In this document: positions 49,589-63,600 of the stretch, one piece after another
Position numbering within the stretch: position 1 is the stretch's first letter
Layout: every line of letters begins with the position of its first letter
From: Mustelus asterias
Taxonomy: Eukaryota
Assembly (NCBI RefSeq): GCF_964213995.1
Contig: NW_027590160.1
Location: forward strand, 372,001 to 436,000
DNA: 64,000 nucleotides
Direction of reading: 5' to 3'
Program-made: the position numbers and the translations under genes
Notes under the pieces: model-generated
What the model was told of the DNA's origin: nothing
Databases searched by the model: none
What the model saw: the letters and a program-made list of their open reading frames with translations, nothing else

Positions 49589-50899
49589 CTGCCGAAATAG
49601 AATATACCATTTGGCCTGTTCGCGGGAGAGACTCTCAAAGAAATCACTCAACGCTCATGGTTGGTCCTCGCATCAAACGATTTATTTTCGCCGGCGGGGA
49701 GATGGCTTCTGCTTAACCCAGTGCCTCTCTCCGACGAACAAGGGAAAAACATCCATTCTTATACATTTTTCAAACATCTCCACAGCCGATCACGGCTGTA
49801 CCTCGTCCAATAACATTGATTGCAGATTACATACAGCAGTCACATATCCAATTAAAAAGGTGGTTTTGTGCATCATCAGTTCGACTAATGGACACGACTC
49901 ATGGTACCTCAGTCAATATTATCTTTCTTTCTCCCATCAGGAGTTCTTGAGTGTAAAATACTCCTTGTACAGTGCCATTTCACGAGACAGGGGCAACGGT
50001 GACAGAATTAGCAATTGTTGCATTTACCTTGAACTTAGAGGATTGCTCGGCTATTTCAAAGGAGAGTTAAGAAGCAACCACTCGTGGAGTGGCATTTAGG
50101 ACAGGGCAGGCAACGATGGTACATTTCCTTCCCGATATAATAGAGTTCGGCAGAGGCGTTTCCCAACAATCAATTATAGCTTCATGGCTTCATAGCTTAT
50201 CATCTCCCATGACTGTTCTCCCTAATCCTCCGCGTCTGGTTTTCATCCGAGGCCTCAGATCATAGACTGGTACAAGTCAATAGTATGTGTGGTGTATTGT
50301 ACACAAGTTTATGCTTGACCCAGCTAATGGTGTTCAGGAATGTGGGTAAAAGCTAGCATTCATCTTGTGTCGTATTACTATCCTGAGCTCCTGTTAACAT
50401 GGTGGAGATTACATGCATGCCCTTTGTGATCATATAACAGGAAATACATACATATTTATTATATGTTATTTATTCCCACTAATATAAATTGCTATACAGG
50501 TACCTTTGAATATAAATTGTTATACAGGCACCTAAACCAAGGATATTGTTTCCCCTAAACCTGTTCTTCAAATCTCCCTGCAACAGGAACCCCAAGTTTA
50601 ATATTAAAACTAGATATAAAACTAATGTTAAGAATATCGAATTATTCTCAGTAACGTCTGATAGGGTGTTGCATGTCTGCCTGTACGGTACATCTTCTAT
50701 CCTTAGTACATTTGAGAACAAAAGCTGAATTCCGATAGGGAATGTTTGAACACAAATCAGATTTAATACACATAAAAATCGAAGTGAACAGTGATGGGAG
50801 AGGCTGAAGGCAAGCGTGATGAGAAGGAGATGCTGGTGCGGTGGTAATGTCACTAGACTGGCAGTTGAGATGCGCAAACTACACCTTGGAAGGAACAAT

Positions 50900-51620
50900 A
50901 CAAGATGGTACTCAATTTATCACAGGGCACTAGGAATCTAAGACGAACAGAGGGTTCTACGAGTGTTCGTCCACAGATCCGTGAAAGCAGCAGGACAGCT
51001 TATGAGGATAGTTTAAAAGAGATACGGGAGTCCTGTCTTCAGCAGTCGTGTGATAAGTTATAAGAGCATAGAGGTTATTTTACAGCAGTGCAGAACTTCA
51101 GTTAGGCAACGAATGCAGTAACTTATGAAGTTCTGGTCATCTGAATATAGCAAGGATATGCTTGCACGGGAGAGGCTGCCAGGAGTTTCAACGGGATGGG
51201 CCAGGAATTGAGTATCTGATAGGCTCGGGTTGTTCTCTTTAGGGCAGAGTAAGCTGATGAGAGATCAGATTAACGTCTAAAAGATTATGAGGAGAATGGA
51301 CAGGGTCGATAGGAAACAACTTTTCCGCTTAGTTGAAGGGTCAAAAAGGAGAAGCAGATTTTTAAGGCGAGGGGTAGGAGGCTCAGATGTGTTTTAAGGA
51401 ACAATATTTCACCCAAACACTGCTGGGAGTCATTGCCTGAGAATGCCGTAGAAGCAAAAAACCTCCAAACCGTTAAAATGTATGTGGATGATCACATGGG
51501 ATATCATAACAATAGATGCGCTGGACCAAGTGCTCAAAAGTGAAGATATAGTCTACTTTGCTGTGCAGACCCAATGGGCCTAATGACCTCTTCTTCATTA
51601 TATTACTTACTGTACGATTA
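50900..51620 (+). mobile_element. Old CR1 LINE 3' fragment
   Basis: Decayed RT C-terminal and 3' UTR similarity to younger copies in the window. Confidence 0.65.
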
Positions 51621-52275
51621 CGATGTAGACCTGAGTTCAAAGCCCACACGCTAGTTAGTCCGGTTTAAATTGAATGAACAAAACCTAGAATAAAAGTTAG
51701 CCGTACTAATATTGATCAGGCCGTTAATTGGCGTCAAGAAGACCTATCTGATGTATTTTTTCTTTGGAACAAGGAAATAAGGTTCAGCTAATAGGGACTT
51801 TTTTCCTGAGCTGGTACAAAATGTTCAGCTGCCAATAAATTGGGACATTTCGCTCTGATGGAACACAGTAAACAATCAGTGAATTAGACTAGTGGTCTCT
51901 ATGCTCCAGGTAGATCACGTGTCAGTAAATTTAGATGTTCTTTGTCCCCAGTGCAAGGTAACCTCTTATTTCATTGGATTGCTGCTGTCACTGATTAAGG
52001 AAGGTCAACTGTAAATAACTCATGACATTTGAATGACTGGCCACAGAAATTCGCCAGATCAGTCTCACAGATATATGTGGCTCATTCTCGTATTGTGTGA
52101 TCACGTTTACAATTATGTCCACAGCGGTTCTGTCTGTGCAGGACTCAAAGCAGAAAAATGGTTCCTGTTCACGTTAATCAATATGAAATCTTGTAAATTA
52201 CATTGCTTGCTAAATGTAGAAGATAGCAATGACATTCATATAGGACAGAGTTACGTATTTAATTTATTCCTGTCA

Positions 52276-53177
52276 TCATTTAACCAGGTGGCATAGTACA
52301 TTCAGGGAGTCTTGGAGCAAAACCTTTAACTGATCCCTGAATTTACTTTGAGTTACAGCATAAATAAATGTGTTTGTGCAGCAACTCAAAAGCTGGAGCA
52401 TATTTGAAGACTCAATGAGGATAAATTTGGGGTCACTGAAGCCATTGACTTTATAATCATTCGTCAATCGCTCATACAAGAACTGTATAACATACGTCAT
52501 CCAGAGGAGGATGAAACTACCAGAAATAGCGAACAGTAAGACAATGGACTTCCTGCGGCATTCCATTTCTGGGTCATTATGTTTCGCTCCATTGTTTTTG
52601 TCCCAGAGTCTCCTGCGTGCTTTATTAGCCACCAGAATGTTCCTCACAGTCAGTGCATTAAGCAAAACAATCAGAAGAAATGGGAGACATGGGGTTAAAA
52701 GATGATCGAACCAATCAAATGCTGTCCAGGCAGGAGAAGTAAAACGGATATAATTAAGTCTGCAATACCAGGGTACATTGTCAACGATGTAGAAAGGTTT
52801 GTGTATAAAGTACCAAGGAATATTGGTTAAACAACCCAGTGCACAGATCAATCCTATGACAATAGCTGCTGTTTTTTCGGTGCAATATTCTGTTTTCAGC
52901 TTCTGGCAACAAATGGCGACAAACCTATCAAACGTGAAAGCGACTGTTAACCAGACAGAGCAGACCCTGGCTGCATACGTCAGTGCAATATTGACACTAC
53001 ACACTGGAGTGATGGACAAAAAACTACCTGGAAAATAAATACCAGGAATTCGGTTTAATATTACAGCGGTAACAATGACCCAGAGATCTGTCACTGCCAT
53101 AAATACTAGGTACCGAGTAATGCATCTGGAGAGACCACATCTTCCGCTGGACAGGATCACAATCGTCACTATGTTCA
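52276..53177 (-). CDS. Class A GPCR, GPR139/GPR142-like, exon 2
   Basis: CCCTACAG acceptor; VNIVTIVILSSGRCGLSRCITRYLVFMAVTDL, SVWLTVAFTFDRFVAICCQKLK, DPEMECRRKSI, LSCCTNTFIYAVTQSKFR; open to the stop codon. Confidence 0.88.
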
Positions 53178-53875
53178 CTGTAGGGAAGACGGGGAGAAGA
53201 TGATGAATGGTTAAATAATACACACAAAAGAGCAGTAAACATATCGGTAAGAATTCCATAAATGTAATAGCTCCAGTACTTGAAGTGAGGAGAACTGTTA
53301 CAACCAACCAAGAAGAAGGTGAGGTGGGCACAGGCTCACATATAATCGACGCACAGTATTCAATCAAGGGGAAACAGAAAACAATTAATAATTGCTGGCG
53401 ATTCCGTTTTTATATGTCGATTGTATAATGATGAATCAAGTAGATGAATGACAGGTGCATGAAATTATAACACAATTACAAGTAAGTACACGTAAAAGGC
53501 AAAGTACCAGATGAAATAAACATTTCACCAATCAAAAGAAGATTATAAGACTTTATTTGGCTGCAACCAGCGCTCTCGTGACCTCCATCTCCAACCCCAT
53601 CCTCGCCACAGAAATGTTTCTCAATAGGTTAGAACCGCTTTACTGTTAGAACCTCAACATCTCTTTGGCAGAGCCACGAACCACAATCAATACCGAATCA
53701 ATTAAGCAATCCAAGTATCGTTGTAAACATGATATTGACCTGAGCTTCAGGCCTGCAAAGCCTTCTTCAATTCAGCGATTAATTTTTATTCCAATCATTA
53801 GATGGGAGCAAGTTATTTATTATCAAGTAAAGGTGAAGAGAGAAAACAATGAACAGTGGGCTGGTTAGTCTAATC

Positions 53876-56164
53876 CAGTGGTTCCCAAAGGGCGCGGTGC
53901 GCCACACTGGTGCGGCGAAAGAGGATGGCAAGTGTGGCGGGAAGATTCAAGGACAATCAAAGAAACATTTAAACATGGATAGATATTTTTCCAAAGTGAG
54001 AGCAAAAGCATCATGTGATGCTGAGGACGATCCGACTCCACGTTGTGATCCAGAATCGCCGTTCGAACAGAGTGCTGAAGAAGAGTCGTTTAATTCTACA
54101 CCAGTAGCAGGCCCAAGCAAACCTCTAAAAAAGAAAGTTTGTCGGCAATATATGGATAGCTATCTGAGTCTCGGTTTCACATGGACTGGAGATGAAAACG
54201 TACCTCGGCGTACGTGTTTGATCTGTGGTGAGAAGCTTTCCAATACCAACATGGTCCCAAGCAAGATGAAAAGACATCTGTTTGCAAAACATGGAAATCT
54301 GGCAAACAAGGATGTTCAATATTTTGAAAAGCTTTTGGAACAGCAGAAATGCAAACGATCATATTTCGAAAAACGAATGACAATCTCAGATAAGATGCAG
54401 ATTGTATCTTACGAAGTGACTGAATTGATTGCTCAACAGGCAAAGCCACATAAAATAGCTGAAAAATTGATTCAGCCTGCCTGCAGCTTGATTGTGAAAA
54501 CTTTGTTTGGTGATGATGCTGAGAGAGAAGTTACGGAAATTCCTTTGTCTGATAATACAATTCGCAGAGGAATAGTTGATATGTCAGCTAATATTGAGAA
54601 GCGTGTTTCCGAAAGTTTATGAAGACTTCTAAATTTGCCATTCAAGTTGATGAATCGACTGACATTAGTGGAAAAGCACAGTTGCTTGCCTATATCAGAT
54701 TCATTCACAATGACGAAATAATCACACAGTTTCAATTTTGCAAGGAACTTGAAAAACATACCAGAGGACAAGATATTTTCCAAACCTTGTCTGAGTATTT
54801 GGAAAAAGTTGAGATTTCATGGGATTCTTGTATTGGAATTCGTACGGATGGAGCGCCATGTATGATAGGGAATGTGAGAGGCTTGGCGGCACTCAGCAAA
54901 CAGAAAAATCCAGATGTAATATCAACTCACTGTTTTTTACACAGAGAGGCATTAATCACCAAGACCCTTGTCGCTGATTTGAAGTTGGTTCTCGATCAGA
55001 CTGTGCGCATTGTGAACTTCATCAAAGCAAAACAACTAAACGCGTGGTTATTTGCTCAACTCTGCAAAGACATGGAATCAAAACATCAGTGTCTAATTCT
55101 GCTCTCGGAGGGTCGCTGGATGTCCCGTGGAAAAGTTTTAAATCGGGTGTTGGAACTGAAGAACGAATTAAGAGAATTTTTGGAACAAGAAGGGAATCCA
55201 TTGTACCACCAACTGCATGACAATGACTGGTGTGCAAAGCTGGCATATTTGGCCGATATATTTTCCCGGTTGAATGTGCTCAATGTCAGTGTGCAAGGCC
55301 GCGATGACAATATCCTCACAACTACAAACAAACTAACTGCATTCAAAAAAAAAGCTTCAGCTCTGGCTCGGAAGAGCAGTGCAACATAATCTCGAAATAT
55401 TCCCACTGGTCAAAAGTTTTAAAACGAGCAATGAATTGTACGGCTTCATGCAGGAACATCTTGCAACACTGGTAGAAAAGATTGATCATTACTTCCCATC
55501 GTTGTCTATAGAAAAATTCGACTGGGTTAGAGACCCCTTTGCGAATTCCAGCTGTTCAGGTCTGACATTGGATGATGAGGAGGAAATGGCCTGCATTTCA
55601 AGTGATCGCATCTTGAAAATGAAACACGGGAGTATGCCACTGGACTCTTTTTTGGATATACAACCAGAAACAGTATCCACGCATCTCTTCAAGAGCATTA
55701 GCTATTCTTCTACAGTTCTCCACGACATATTGTTGTGAACAGGGATTTTCAGCTGTGACAAATATCAAAGACCAGAAAAGAGAAAGGCTTCTTTGTGTTG
55801 AGGAGGAGATGAGAGTTTGTTTGTCTCAAATTAGACCTAATATAAATGAGATTACCCGACAAAAACAATCTCACACCTCTCATTGAGTTTGTATACTTAC
55901 TTAAGGTTACATATGTAAGACGCTCGTCTAGAAGTATATTTTGGGAATGAATCATGTTTTTATGCAGCTGCATTGTTTTATACATTCTGGGTGTCCCATG
56001 ATCATATTATAAAATAGTTGTGTTCTATGTTATGAATCAAGCACTGCTAGGAGTTGGTTTTTTTTGTTTTTGAATGTATTTCTTATCAAGAAAAAATTCG
56101 GTGTGGCGCGAGCAAATGTTTATTCCGAATGTGCGGCCCAGTGAATTAAATTTGGGAACCACTG
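53876..56164 (+). mobile_element. hAT DNA transposon (Buster/Charlie-type), full length, frameshifted transposase 53975-55886
   Basis: 14-bp TIRs CAGTGGTTCCCAAA/TTTGGGAACCACTG; 8-bp TSD GTCTAATC (53868-53875, 56165-56172); BED-type CLIC...KRHL..KH, FAIQVDESTD, TDGAPCM, THCFLHRE, RWMSRG, TTYCCEQGFS. Confidence 0.95.
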
Positions 56165-56199
56165 GTCTAATCAATGAGCATAGTCGGTAAAATGCAGGT

Positions 56200-57370
56200 T
56201 ATCGTTAGGATCTTGGTAATAGGGCACTTTACAATACACAAGCTGATTAAGCAGATTGAATACGAAAATGAAAAGAAACCAGTCCCAGTAATGCTGTTAA
56301 GAATTTTGAAAACATAACTCGTAAAATCGGTAAGACCGAACTAATTGACATGGTATATTTGACTTTATTTTTACTGCCACGGAATTAATGCACTAAAATT
56401 GCATTTATTGTAATGTTTGTAATATATTAAGCTGAACTGAGAATTGACGAATGTGTAGAAAATGGAGAGTAGGCTGTAACGAATGATGCACCACAATAAA
56501 CAGAACAAAAGCCTAACCTATGTGGAATTCTTGTCAGTGAATTTAATAAGGCGCTTGAGTGCAATAACGGTAAGTTGGCTGACTATAAAATGTGAGACGG
56601 GAATGGGTACCCTGGAGCTGCAAAGAACAATAGTTTTGCAACAGTTCAGGAACATCGCATATCGAAGGCAAAGTTTGAAGTGCCAAGTTATTCACTTTGG
56701 TGGAGAGAAACAAAAGAAAATATTTGGGACTGGTGCGAGAATTGAAATTGTATACATTAAGGGGAAAATGATGTCCTTGTATACAAATTACAAAATTTCA
56801 ATGCACAGATACAGCAAGTAGTTAGGAAGGCTAATGTTGTCTTTGTCGACAAATGGATGAGACATAAAAGTAAATATTTATGACTACAATTATAGAAAGC
56901 ATTCGTGAGATCATATTTCGAATATGGGCTGCCATTGTGTCCTCTTGATGGAATAAATGGTCGATCTTCCTTGGATTGCAGCCACGAAGTTCCTGCAGGC
57001 AGGTTCCGGGAGATGATTGTTTGAAAGACATAAAATCATTTACGTTCTTGCCAGGTTGTACGATGAGAAAATGTTTCTGTTCATTGAGCACGAGGTCAAC
57101 TTCTCACAATAAGTGTTGGTCGTTTTGGAAAGTGAAGCGGAAATATTTCCTTGAGCACAAGGGTGTGAATCTTTGGGACTCAGTACCCAGAGATCTGTGC
57201 CACATTCTCAGTCGTTGAGTAGGTTTAAGGTAAATGTCGGCATATCCCTGTGTTTGAAGGGAATTAAAGAATTAAGTGCGAGTTAAGGTTGAGGACGAGT
57301 TATGGACTTATTGAATGGCACAGCGGGCTCAAAGGGCGAATAGACTACTCCAGTTCGCATCCCCATATAC
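56200..57370 (+). mobile_element. Very old CR1-like LINE remnant
   Basis: KCQVIHFG remnant and decayed 3' UTR. Confidence 0.55.
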
Positions 57371-58964
57371 ATTTATGTTGACTGGAACATTGATTTAACT
57401 GCTTATTCGAAACAATCACATCTGCAATGCACTACTCCATATATCCTTTCTCGTCGTCATGGATATGATCCAAACTCTTGATGAAAGGCATACTATCATT
57501 ATGGAAAAAATCTCAAGTCTCAAATAAATTGAGATCATTCAGCAACAAATGAAAATCCTGACTTAAGTAGAAAGTCGCGTCAAAAGGCATTCAGAATCAA
57601 CAAAGATCAGCCCCAATGGAGCCAGAATATAGATTGGAGTCAGTAAACTTCTGGATTTTGAGCGGATTTTCAAAACGGGTGATTGAGTAAATATGAGGGG
57701 ATGGATGTGGAATGACGGAACAATCTGGAATTTCAATGAATAGTGCATAGGATCGGTTGAATGTTTAAACCCGTGAACGAGACTTCAGGAAAGAATAAGT
57801 GCTGGAGACACCAAGGACAGACTCCTTAACCGGAAACTGAAAGGAAACGTGGGCTGGGAGATTGTTCTAGAGAGTCCAAGAGACCCTTGTCTGGGATGAG
57901 ATGCGGGTGATCATCCAAATTAGTGGAAGCAAGAGTGATAGATCAAAGTGAACTCGTGAAATTTACTGCCTCTGAAAAATGCATCATTAATGAATTTGGT
58001 TGCTCACTTCATTCTCAAAAATAAGCAATAACACATCAGGTTAATACTTGCCTTCAGAAAGTTCATTCCTTAAATCCAATCACAATCTCATTACATAAAT
58101 TGGTCCAACAGTTTAATTTAAGAATTTAAGAATTATTTCGTCAAATTAGTTAGGCATTGAAATATTTGAGATATTCTGTCAGGAGCGGCATAATTTTGGA
58201 ACTAACGCAATTAGTTTGATTTAATATCGAGTTGGATATAAAATAAAGATAGCATGATACAAAAAGATCAATTATATCCAAGTAATGCAACCATACTTGT
58301 TAGCTGGTGACATTCGAATTCCTTTGCCATTGACAGAACAGTTAGCGAATTCTTAGACAGTAAGAAAAGCAGCAGCTTCGAGTCACATTTTCTGAGCCCT
58401 CTACATTTTAGTCATATATAGATGGGCAAGATTTCTGCTTTAGTATTTCCGTGGATGGATTTTCAATATTTCGGTCACACGAGGATGGAATGATTAAGAA
58501 CGGAGGGGGAGGGGTGATAGAGGTCTTGGAGGAGCGCAGACGAGTTCCAAATAATTTCTCCCTCTGTCTGAGGAAAAATATTCTGACATCACAGCTGAAC
58601 TGCGTCCTCTAAATTTCAGGCCTCACCTCTTTGTTCTGAACATGTACACCAGCGTGGATAAGGATACATCTGTTCCTCTACCACGACTTATTCAAACAAC
58701 TTACACATCTCTCAATTTCCATGCCCAGGAACTAAAAAGGATGCAAAATTTTCTTCTTACTTAAACCTGGTAGATCCGGAACTGTCCAGTGAATCAATGC
58801 AGCTAACACCGTCCTTCCAAGGTGAATGCATGCTCCCTGGGATTATAATGTCAGTACTGAAGACAATGCCATTGACTCCATCTAATCAGGACGTTAATTT
58901 TCAGACCCCCTTCAGACAAAAAGGTGTTCAATTAAATAATGAATATGTTGCAGCGATACTATAC

Positions 58965-59020
58965 CTGGGACAGCAATAGCTGCAAATGGCATAGATGAGA
59001 CCTCTGGGTGGTGCATGCAT
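58965..59020 (-). CDS. Probable first exon of the GPCR at 52276-53177, carrying a frameshifting deletion
   Basis: MHAPPRGLIYAI in one frame and AAIAVP plus G|GTATAG in another; phase-1 end matches exon 2. Confidence 0.7.
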
Positions 59021-59944
59021 TTTCTGGGAAATGCAACTGTTTCCTGTTCGAAATCCAAATTTGCTCCGCCCAATACACAAACGAGCTTTTTATGACAGCT
59101 GAGAGAAACCTCAGAGACACAATTAGAAACATCATCGCTCACGTTAGTTACACTCATTGAACAGACAAGTCGTGCGACTCATTATTTTTATTACATGCAA
59201 ACACTAAAAATTTAGGTTATCTTGCATCACCTTGAATGTTAATAACGGTCACTGAACAAACATAGAAACATAGAAACTTAGAAACATAGAAGATAAGAAC
59301 AGGAGGAGGCCAAACAAGGCAGTTCAGTTGACTTCCTTTCACCCCGAATGCAGTAGGATGAATAAACATGGATATCAAAATGTTGTGAAGGGAAACGTTA
59401 TGGTGTTTAGGGAAGGAAACCTTCCATCCTGCCCCGATATGGCATATATTTGATTCCAACCCCATATCAATGTATTCTCCCTAGGTACACTCTGAAGCCA
59501 GTAATTGCGAACGGTTAGAAATAAACATAGGAATAAAGCCTGAAAGCTACAATAGCATGAGACCTAGGCATAGAAAGCAGCGACTTCAATGCCACTGACA
59601 ACCCAGACCACTGCAAAAGCCCTCCACACGAACATGCAGGAATTGGCGTTACATTTGCGAAGACTGCTTCACCGGCTATTTCAACAACACTCATACGCCC
59701 AAAATTATCCCTTTATTTTAAGGTGACCTGGCACAGTACCCGATCACCAATGATATAGGCTTAAGTGAAAAATTCCCATTTTTTGTTGAGATCAGTGGTC
59801 CTAGAAACTTTAAACTTTGCTGGTTCACCGCATGACAGGCCAATGGGTTAATAATAAGGGGCAATTATTCATAATTCGTTGGTAGTTTAGTTTTGGGTTT
59901 ATTCAGATAATTGTAGTATATCAGCCCAATAATATTATATGAAA

Positions 59945-60075
59945 GCAACTTACTGCAGAACCTGGAATCTGGAACAAAAACAGAAACTGCTGGTAAATCT
60001 CAGCATGTCGAACACCATTTCTGCAGAGAGAATAGAGCTAACGTTTCGAGTATGCATGACTCTTTGTCAGAGTTG
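59945..60075 (-). mobile_element. Solo Penelope-type terminal repeat with degenerate hammerhead core
   Basis: CTGACAA-A-GAGT-CATGCAT-ACTC-GAAACGTTAGCTC; homologous to 30435-30540. Confidence 0.7.
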
Positions 60076-60649
60076 ATTTTATTTGCAATCCTCGGACACT
60101 AACTCAATACGTGACCTCGTCATTATTGCAGCACACCTACACTTGCCAAAGTTTAATGAATATCGAGCCCTGATGCCAGTGATGCCAGATATCGAAGTTG
60201 AACATTTAGAGGTGTGAGACCATCCCCAACAATTATAATCGATCAGCTGTGTTCCCTGAAATCAAAAAACGTTGCACAAAGAAAACCAATGTTATAACAT
60301 TCAGCATTGAATCAGTGCAGTTTAACTTGTGCTGTGAAATCCTTTGATTCTTTCAGTATACAATCGAGATCCGTAATTAGCTTCTAGAAATGTATTGGTC
60401 TTTACATTATCTACACTGAGGAATATGTAATATTTGAATGTGTCATATTGTATTTCACACACAAATCATATCCATGCACTGATTTTATCGGCATTTTCCC
60501 TAGATTTTATGCAACTTTGTAAAGATTTGTTGAATTTTTAATTAAGTTATGCCAAGCACTTGTAAATATATCAAACACATCTCATGGCAAGACCGTTCTC
60601 CCAACAAAAGGTAATTGATAATTACACTTTAAATTAAGTACGGCAGGTA

Positions 60650-63600
60650 GCTTAACGTTCCAGGATACAGATGTTTCAGGCGGGATAGAGGGGGATGTAA
60701 ATGGGGTAGGGGTGTTGCACTACTGGTTAAGGAGGTATAGCAGCTGTACTGTTGGAGGACACCTCTGTCTGCTCATACAGCGAGGAAATATGGGTACGAG
60801 TTCAGGAATAGGAAGGCTGTAGTCACAATGTTGGAGGTTTCCCAAACAGCCAGTGGGAGATAGAGGGAGAGCTGCGTCGGCAGATTTTGGGAAAGGTGTA
60901 CAAGTAACAGAATTGTTGTGTGTGTGATTTTAACTTCACCTATATTGACTGGTACTCAGTGCTTGGGGCGTGTATGGGGCAGAGCTAGTAAGGACCATCC
61001 AGGAGGGCTTCTTGAATCAGTGTGTAGACAGTCCAACGAGGGGAGGGGTCGTACTGGACCTGGTATTCAGTACGGCAGAAATTCTGGAAATGACCACAAT
61101 TCAGTAAGTATTAAGGTACTGATGGGAGAAGTTAAGTGTAGTCTTCAGGTGGAGGTGCTAATTTGGGGCAAGGCTAATTACAATAATATTAGGCAGGAAC
61201 TGAACAATGTAGATTGGTGGCAGATGCTTGAGGGCAAATGAACGTCTGGCATGTGGGAGGCTTTCATCTGTAAGTTGATAGGAATTCAGGACCGGCACGT
61301 TCCTGTAAAGATGAAGAACGTGTAGGCATGTTTCGGGAACCTTGAATAATGGGAGATATTAGGAGTCGACTCAAAAGGGAAAAAAAAGAAGCATTGTGTC
61401 AAGGCTAGAAGGCTGGCAACAAATAAAACAGTATGGAATACGAGGAGAGTAGAAATAAACTTAAACAAGGATTCAGGAGGGCAAAAATAGGTCATGAACA
61501 GTCATTGGTCGGCAGGATTCAGGAAAATTCGAAGGCGTTTTATAAATATATAAGGAGCAAGAACATGGCCATGGAGAGTGTTCGTCCACTCAAGCACAGG
61601 GGAGAGAAACTATGCGTGTCGCCAGAGGAAATGGGTGAGTTAATAAGTGAGTATTTTACATCTATATTCACTGAAGAGAAGGATTGGTGGATGATGAGTC
61701 TGGGAAAGCGTGTGTCGATAGTTTGGGTCATGTTGAGATCAAAAAGGAGAAGGTATTGGGGGTCTGGGAAAACATTAATGTAGGAAAGTCTCCAGGGCCT
61801 GATGGGATATACCCCAGGATACTGAGAGAGGCAAGAGAGGAAATTGTTGGGGCCTGGAGAGATATATTTGCATCCTCACTGGCTGCAGGGAAGGTCCCAG
61901 AGGATTGGAGCATAGCAACTGTTGTTCACTTGTTTAAGAAGGCAAGGATAATCAAGGTAATTGCAGGCCGGTGAGTCTTACGACAGTGCAAACGAAACTA
62001 TTCGAGAGGTTTCTTCGAGACAGGATTTCCTCCCACTTGCCAATACATGGACACATTCGCGAGAGGCAACAAAGTTGTGTGAATGGAAGATCGTATCTCA
62101 CGAACTTGATCTAGTTTTTCGAGGAAGTGACGAAGATGATTGACGAGGGCAGGACAGTGGATGTTGTCTACATAGACTTTAGCAAGGCCTTTGACAATGG
62201 CCCTCATGGCAGACTGGTACAGAAGGTGAAGTCGCACGGGATCAGAGGTGAGCTGGCAAGATGGATAGAGTACTGGTTCGGTCAAAGATGACAGAGGATA
62301 GTAGTGCAACGGTGCGTTTCTGAATGGAGAGTTGTCACGATTGACATTCCTCAAGGATCAATGCTGGGAGTTGCTGTTTGTAATATATTTATGTAAATTA
62401 TTTGGAGGAAAATGTAACTGGTTTGATTAGTAAGTTTGTGGACAACATGAAGTTTGGTGGAATTGTGGATAGCGATGAGGAACGTAAAAGGATACAACAG
62501 GATATAGATCATAGAGTCATAGAGTCATAGAGGTTTGCAGCATGGAAACAGGCCCTTCGGACCAACTCGTCCATGCCGCCTTTTTTTTAAACCCCTAAGC
62601 TAATCCCAATTGCCCACATTTGGCCCATACCCTCTATACCCATCGTACCCATGTAACTATCTAAATGCTTTTTAACGGACATAATTGTATCCGCCTCTAC
62701 TACTACCTCTGGCAGCTTGTTCCAGACACTCACGGCCTACTGTGTGAAGAAATTGCCCCTCTAGACTCTTTTGTATCTCTCCCCTCTCACCTTAAATCTA
62801 TGCCCTCTAGTTTTAGACTCCCCCATCCCTATCAGTTGGAGACTTGGGCGGGGAGATGGCAGCTGGAGTCTAATCCTGACAATTGTGAGGTAATGCATTT
62901 TGGAAGCTTTAATACAGATGGGAAATATACAGAAAATGGCTCTTCCCTTAAGAGTACTGATAGGCAGACGGATCTGGGTGCACAGATCGCTGGAAGTGGC
63001 AACGCAGTTGGAGAAGGCAATTGAGGTTTGTTTGCCTTCATCGGCACATTAAGCCTATGCCCCCTTATAATTGATTCTTCCACCCTGTGACAAAGCTTCT
63101 GACTATCCATTCTATCAGGTCGTCCCTCAATCTCCATCTTTCCAGTGAGAACAAACCAAGTTTCTCAAAACTCTTCTCATCACTAATGCGCTCCATACCA
63201 GGCACCATCCTGGTGAACCTTTTCTGCATCCTCTCCAAAGCCTCTACATCCTTCTGGTAGTGTGGACACCAGAATAGAACACTATATTCCAAGAGCGGCC
63301 GAACCAAACTTCTCTGAAGCAGCAACATGGCTTGCCAATTTTTAAACTCAATGCCCCGGCCGATGAAGGCAAACAAACCTCAATTACCTTCTCCACCTGC
63401 GTTGCCACTTCCAGTGATCTGTGCACCTGTGAGATGAACGAGGCATGTCTTTTGCACTGCGGATGGTTGGTGCCTGGAACTCGCTGCTGGGTGAGGTAGT
63501 GGAAGCAGATATGATTGTAACGTTTAAGTGTCTTTTTGAAAAATACATGAGTAGGTTGGGAATAGAGGAAGGGTGGATTTTTTTTTAGTTCAGACAGGTC

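Noticed and set aside
50490-50620. Missing first exon of the 34.8-kb GPCR (..KLGVP)
   Set aside because: No GT donor after the motif, and it lies 15 kb away across other genes
53178-53367. N-terminal extension of the GPCR ORF as annotated in the ORF track (likewise 35746-35767)
   Set aside because: It lies upstream of a clear splice acceptor at the family's conserved intron position, so it is probably intronic read-through
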